64,000 nucleotides of DNA, from positions 10,667,129-10,731,128 of the forward strand of contig CM082576.2 of the NCBI GenBank assembly GCA_040954595.2. Reading direction: 5' to 3'. This document shows, piece after piece, positions 62,101-64,000 of the stretch (positions are counted from its first letter, which is position 1; each line of letters opens with the position of its first letter). Source of the stretch: Balanoglossus misakiensis. Lineage: Eukaryota > Animalia > Hemichordata. The translations under genes and the position numbers were made by a program. The notes beneath the pieces are model-generated. The model was not told the DNA's origin. It did no database searches and worked only from the letters and a program-made list of their open reading frames with translations.

Positions 62101-62645
62101 AGCCCCCCCCCTGCCGTAAAAACTGAACGGTCCCTTACTGTATCATTCAAAATCAAGTATTGTATGTGAGAAGCAATTGTGTGAGCTGGTAACTTTTGAA
62201 GTCGAACTTAAGTCCCATTGTGCATTAATAGGTCGAGAAAAAAGTAAACTTTTATCAGTTCACCATTAAACCAAACCTTATGCCCACTTTGTAACAATTA
62301 TGAGTACAATGTATTAACTTATCAATGAAATGAAATGATGATTGAATGAAGGAGACGCATACTCCTTATTAGCACCGGATTTCTTTTCGATACGAATTGT
62401 TGAAAAAAGTCTTCAGGACTTATCATGAAACTAAGTTTCTCTCCGTTATCCAGGAATGGCAAACTTCCCTCCATGGCTTGGTTAGCCCCCGCGGTGTATT
62501 TCGATTTCCAGTCGCTATCGTCGTGCCCATCGCTGTGGTCGTGATCAAGGTGTCCATCAACACGGAAGTGATTGCTGTTGCTGATTGTAAACAAACACAC
62601 GTGAATTACCACGATCGACGAGGTGGTAAAAGTTGACAATGACAT
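59108..62645 (-). CDS. Secreted JmjC/cupin-8-domain protein with degenerate active site and C-terminal Cys module, 439 aa, 6 exons
   Basis: Exons 62645-62363, 60930-60739, 60468-60207, 60095-59911, 59695-59535 and 59344-59108 (1320 nt, in phase). Cupin-8 hallmarks: ISPEDFFQQFVSKRNPVLIRNVVKSWPAYSLWSEEYLSEKYGD, SPVDFTALDTEQFPR and EGDMLYIPHLWW. Hydrophobic N-terminus IVVIHVCLFTI. AATAAA at ~58866. Confidence 0.88.
60970..62134. mobile_element. PIF/Harbinger-type non-autonomous DNA transposon (1165 bp) in intron 1 of the JmjC gene
   Basis: Perfect 22-bp TIR GGGACCGTTCAGTTTTTACGGC / GCCGTAAAAACTGAACGGTCCC, with a TTA target-site duplication (60967-60969, 62135-62137). No transposase ORF; internal degenerate direct repeats. 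Confidence 0.9.
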
Positions 62646-63170
62646 GTCACGCCGATAACCGCAGATCAAATGGGCTGAATATGATAATAAATAATTGCAG
62701 AATACAAGTTCCTGTAAGCATTACATTAAAGCCCGGATCTGTTGACCATTGAACCAGGAAACCAGTGATCGTGAAAGAGTGTGGGCGTGGTGCTTATAGA
62801 ATATCGCCCTCTGGAGAGGGAATCCCTTTTAGGTTTTAGGCTCGTCAAGAAAAATCGTAACATTATATTATGAGTACAAAATGTACATTTATATTATTGT
62901 AATGGGAATTTTAAAACTATTAATATTTAAAAACACATTATTTAATCTTTTTCAAGTTGTTTATTTGAGTTTTTCTCATTTACTACGACGAGCCAAATCT
63001 CTTGGCCTGGTCTTACGCTTGAACGAGGACAAGACGTAATCCCGGAAGTATCGGGGCTTCGACTGGGCAAACATGTAGTCTTGTCCGTCTTAGCCTGTCT
63101 TGCCATCAAAGTGTGTATCGTGATGCTTTTTTCTTAGATTTCTACAACTTGGGAGTAAGCAAGCCTCAAA
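62646..63170. promoter_or_regulatory. Divergent (bidirectional) promoter interval
   Basis: 525 bp between the JmjC ATG (62645, -) and the ATG at 63171 (+); contains ETS CCGGAAGT (63042-63049) and a GGGCGTGG GC-box near 62783. Confidence 0.55.
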
Positions 63171-64000
63171 ATGTCTCTCTTCAGTGGTATGAAACTGAAC
63201 GTTGGTTCAGGTCAGAAGAGCGACAGCAGCGATGGAAAACCAGGAAAAAGCCCACACTCGAAACCTGTAGATGTTTCGGATTGCTTCGACGACAATGATG
63301 AAGGTAGGCGTGATCAATGACCACTACGGTACCGTACATCCGATGATCACTGGTAAATTGTAGGTGTACAATATATGCCTATCAGTGCCCATCCTAAACA
63401 GTATGTATAAATACATACGCATACACACAGTATATATTAAACAATTGGTAACCATGGTAATACCAAGTAAAGTATCCTTAAAAAGACACCAATTGGCGTG
63501 CAGCTTGTAGAACTGCAGTAGAGACAACTCAAACTGATGGTTGTCTTGGGTTATACATTCATGTGTTCACAGGTTTTATCTCCCTTATTTGATAATCAAG
63601 ATCAAAATGTTACTATGGGTGGCAACAGTACACAAATTGTAAGCAATACTAAAGTTCCATAATAAAAACCAACATCATCTTTCAGAAAGTACTGAAGCCA
63701 AGGATCTCAGCACACCATTGTCACCTGCAGGAAGTGTGCGTAAACAATGCCCAGACACAGACAGCAAAGACACCCCTTCAGAAGTAACTGAGGACGATAT
63801 TCTCCAACAGCTTGATCACCTTGCGCATGAGCCGCCGCTTGCAAACACAGACTACAGCGCCGAACTTGCTGGTTTAGATTTGGATTTTCAGAGCAAGGAG
63901 CCAGAGTCGGATTCCTGCGATGCCAGTGCAGTGTCCGGAGACATAATTCCAACTGGAGGAGAGGGAGAAACAAGCCGCATACAAGAGGAAGTTGATCTTC
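63171..64000 (+). CDS. 5' part of an unidentified gene (exons 63171-63303 and 63686->64000), acidic low-complexity N-terminus
   Basis: AAAATG; MSLFSGMKLNVGSGQKSDSSDGKPGKSPHSKPVDVSDCFDDNDE then G|gtaggc (phase 1). The next exon tttcag|AA AGT ACT GAA... stays open for ~105 codons to the window end (ESTEAKDLSTPLSPAGSVRKQCPDTDSKDTPSEVTEDDILQQLDHLAHEPPLANTDY...). Confidence 0.8.

Noticed and set aside
10409-62645. Non-canonical (GC-AG or AT-AC/U12) introns
   Set aside because: Every intron I traced in the three complete spliced genes is GT-AG.
63707-63973. Minus-strand 88-aa ORF
   Set aside because: Antisense shadow of the + strand exon starting at 63686, which splices in phase to the ATG exon at 63171.

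Overview
This is AT-rich, intron-rich animal genomic DNA with canonical GT-AG introns; a marine invertebrate is plausible but the species cannot be fixed from the sequence. From left to right: (1) 1-5599 is an 88-bp satellite array of about 64 copies containing 12-mer and 9-mer higher-order duplications. It abuts, in inverted orientation, about 8.5 copies of a diverged 88-bp sister subfamily (5601-6360). (2) 6902-7552 (+) is an intronless, acidic, Cys-rich protein with a likely signal peptide and two copies of an 8-Cys repeat. (3) 54658-10409 (-) is a complete axonemal dynein heavy chain, best matching DNAH14. I traced 83 phase-consistent coding exons giving about 5,084 aa, with many low-complexity insertions in the motor and three candidate in-frame cassette exons. 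(4) 58263-57254 (-) is a 4-exon CEP15/C3orf14-like gene of 122 aa. (5) 62645-59108 (-) is a 6-exon JmjC/cupin-8 protein of 439 aa with a likely signal peptide. Its distal Fe ligand and 2-oxoglutarate residues are replaced, so it is a probable secreted pseudo-enzyme; it also has a His/Asp-rich leader and a C-terminal 6-Cys module. (6) A divergent + strand gene starts at 63171 with an N-terminal SLFSGMKL motif and runs off the window. Introns hold a 1165-bp PIF/Harbinger-type non-autonomous element, two ~85-bp piggyBac-like MITEs and several small foldback elements. All gene models were built by hand from splice sites, phase and remembered family motifs; no database search was run.
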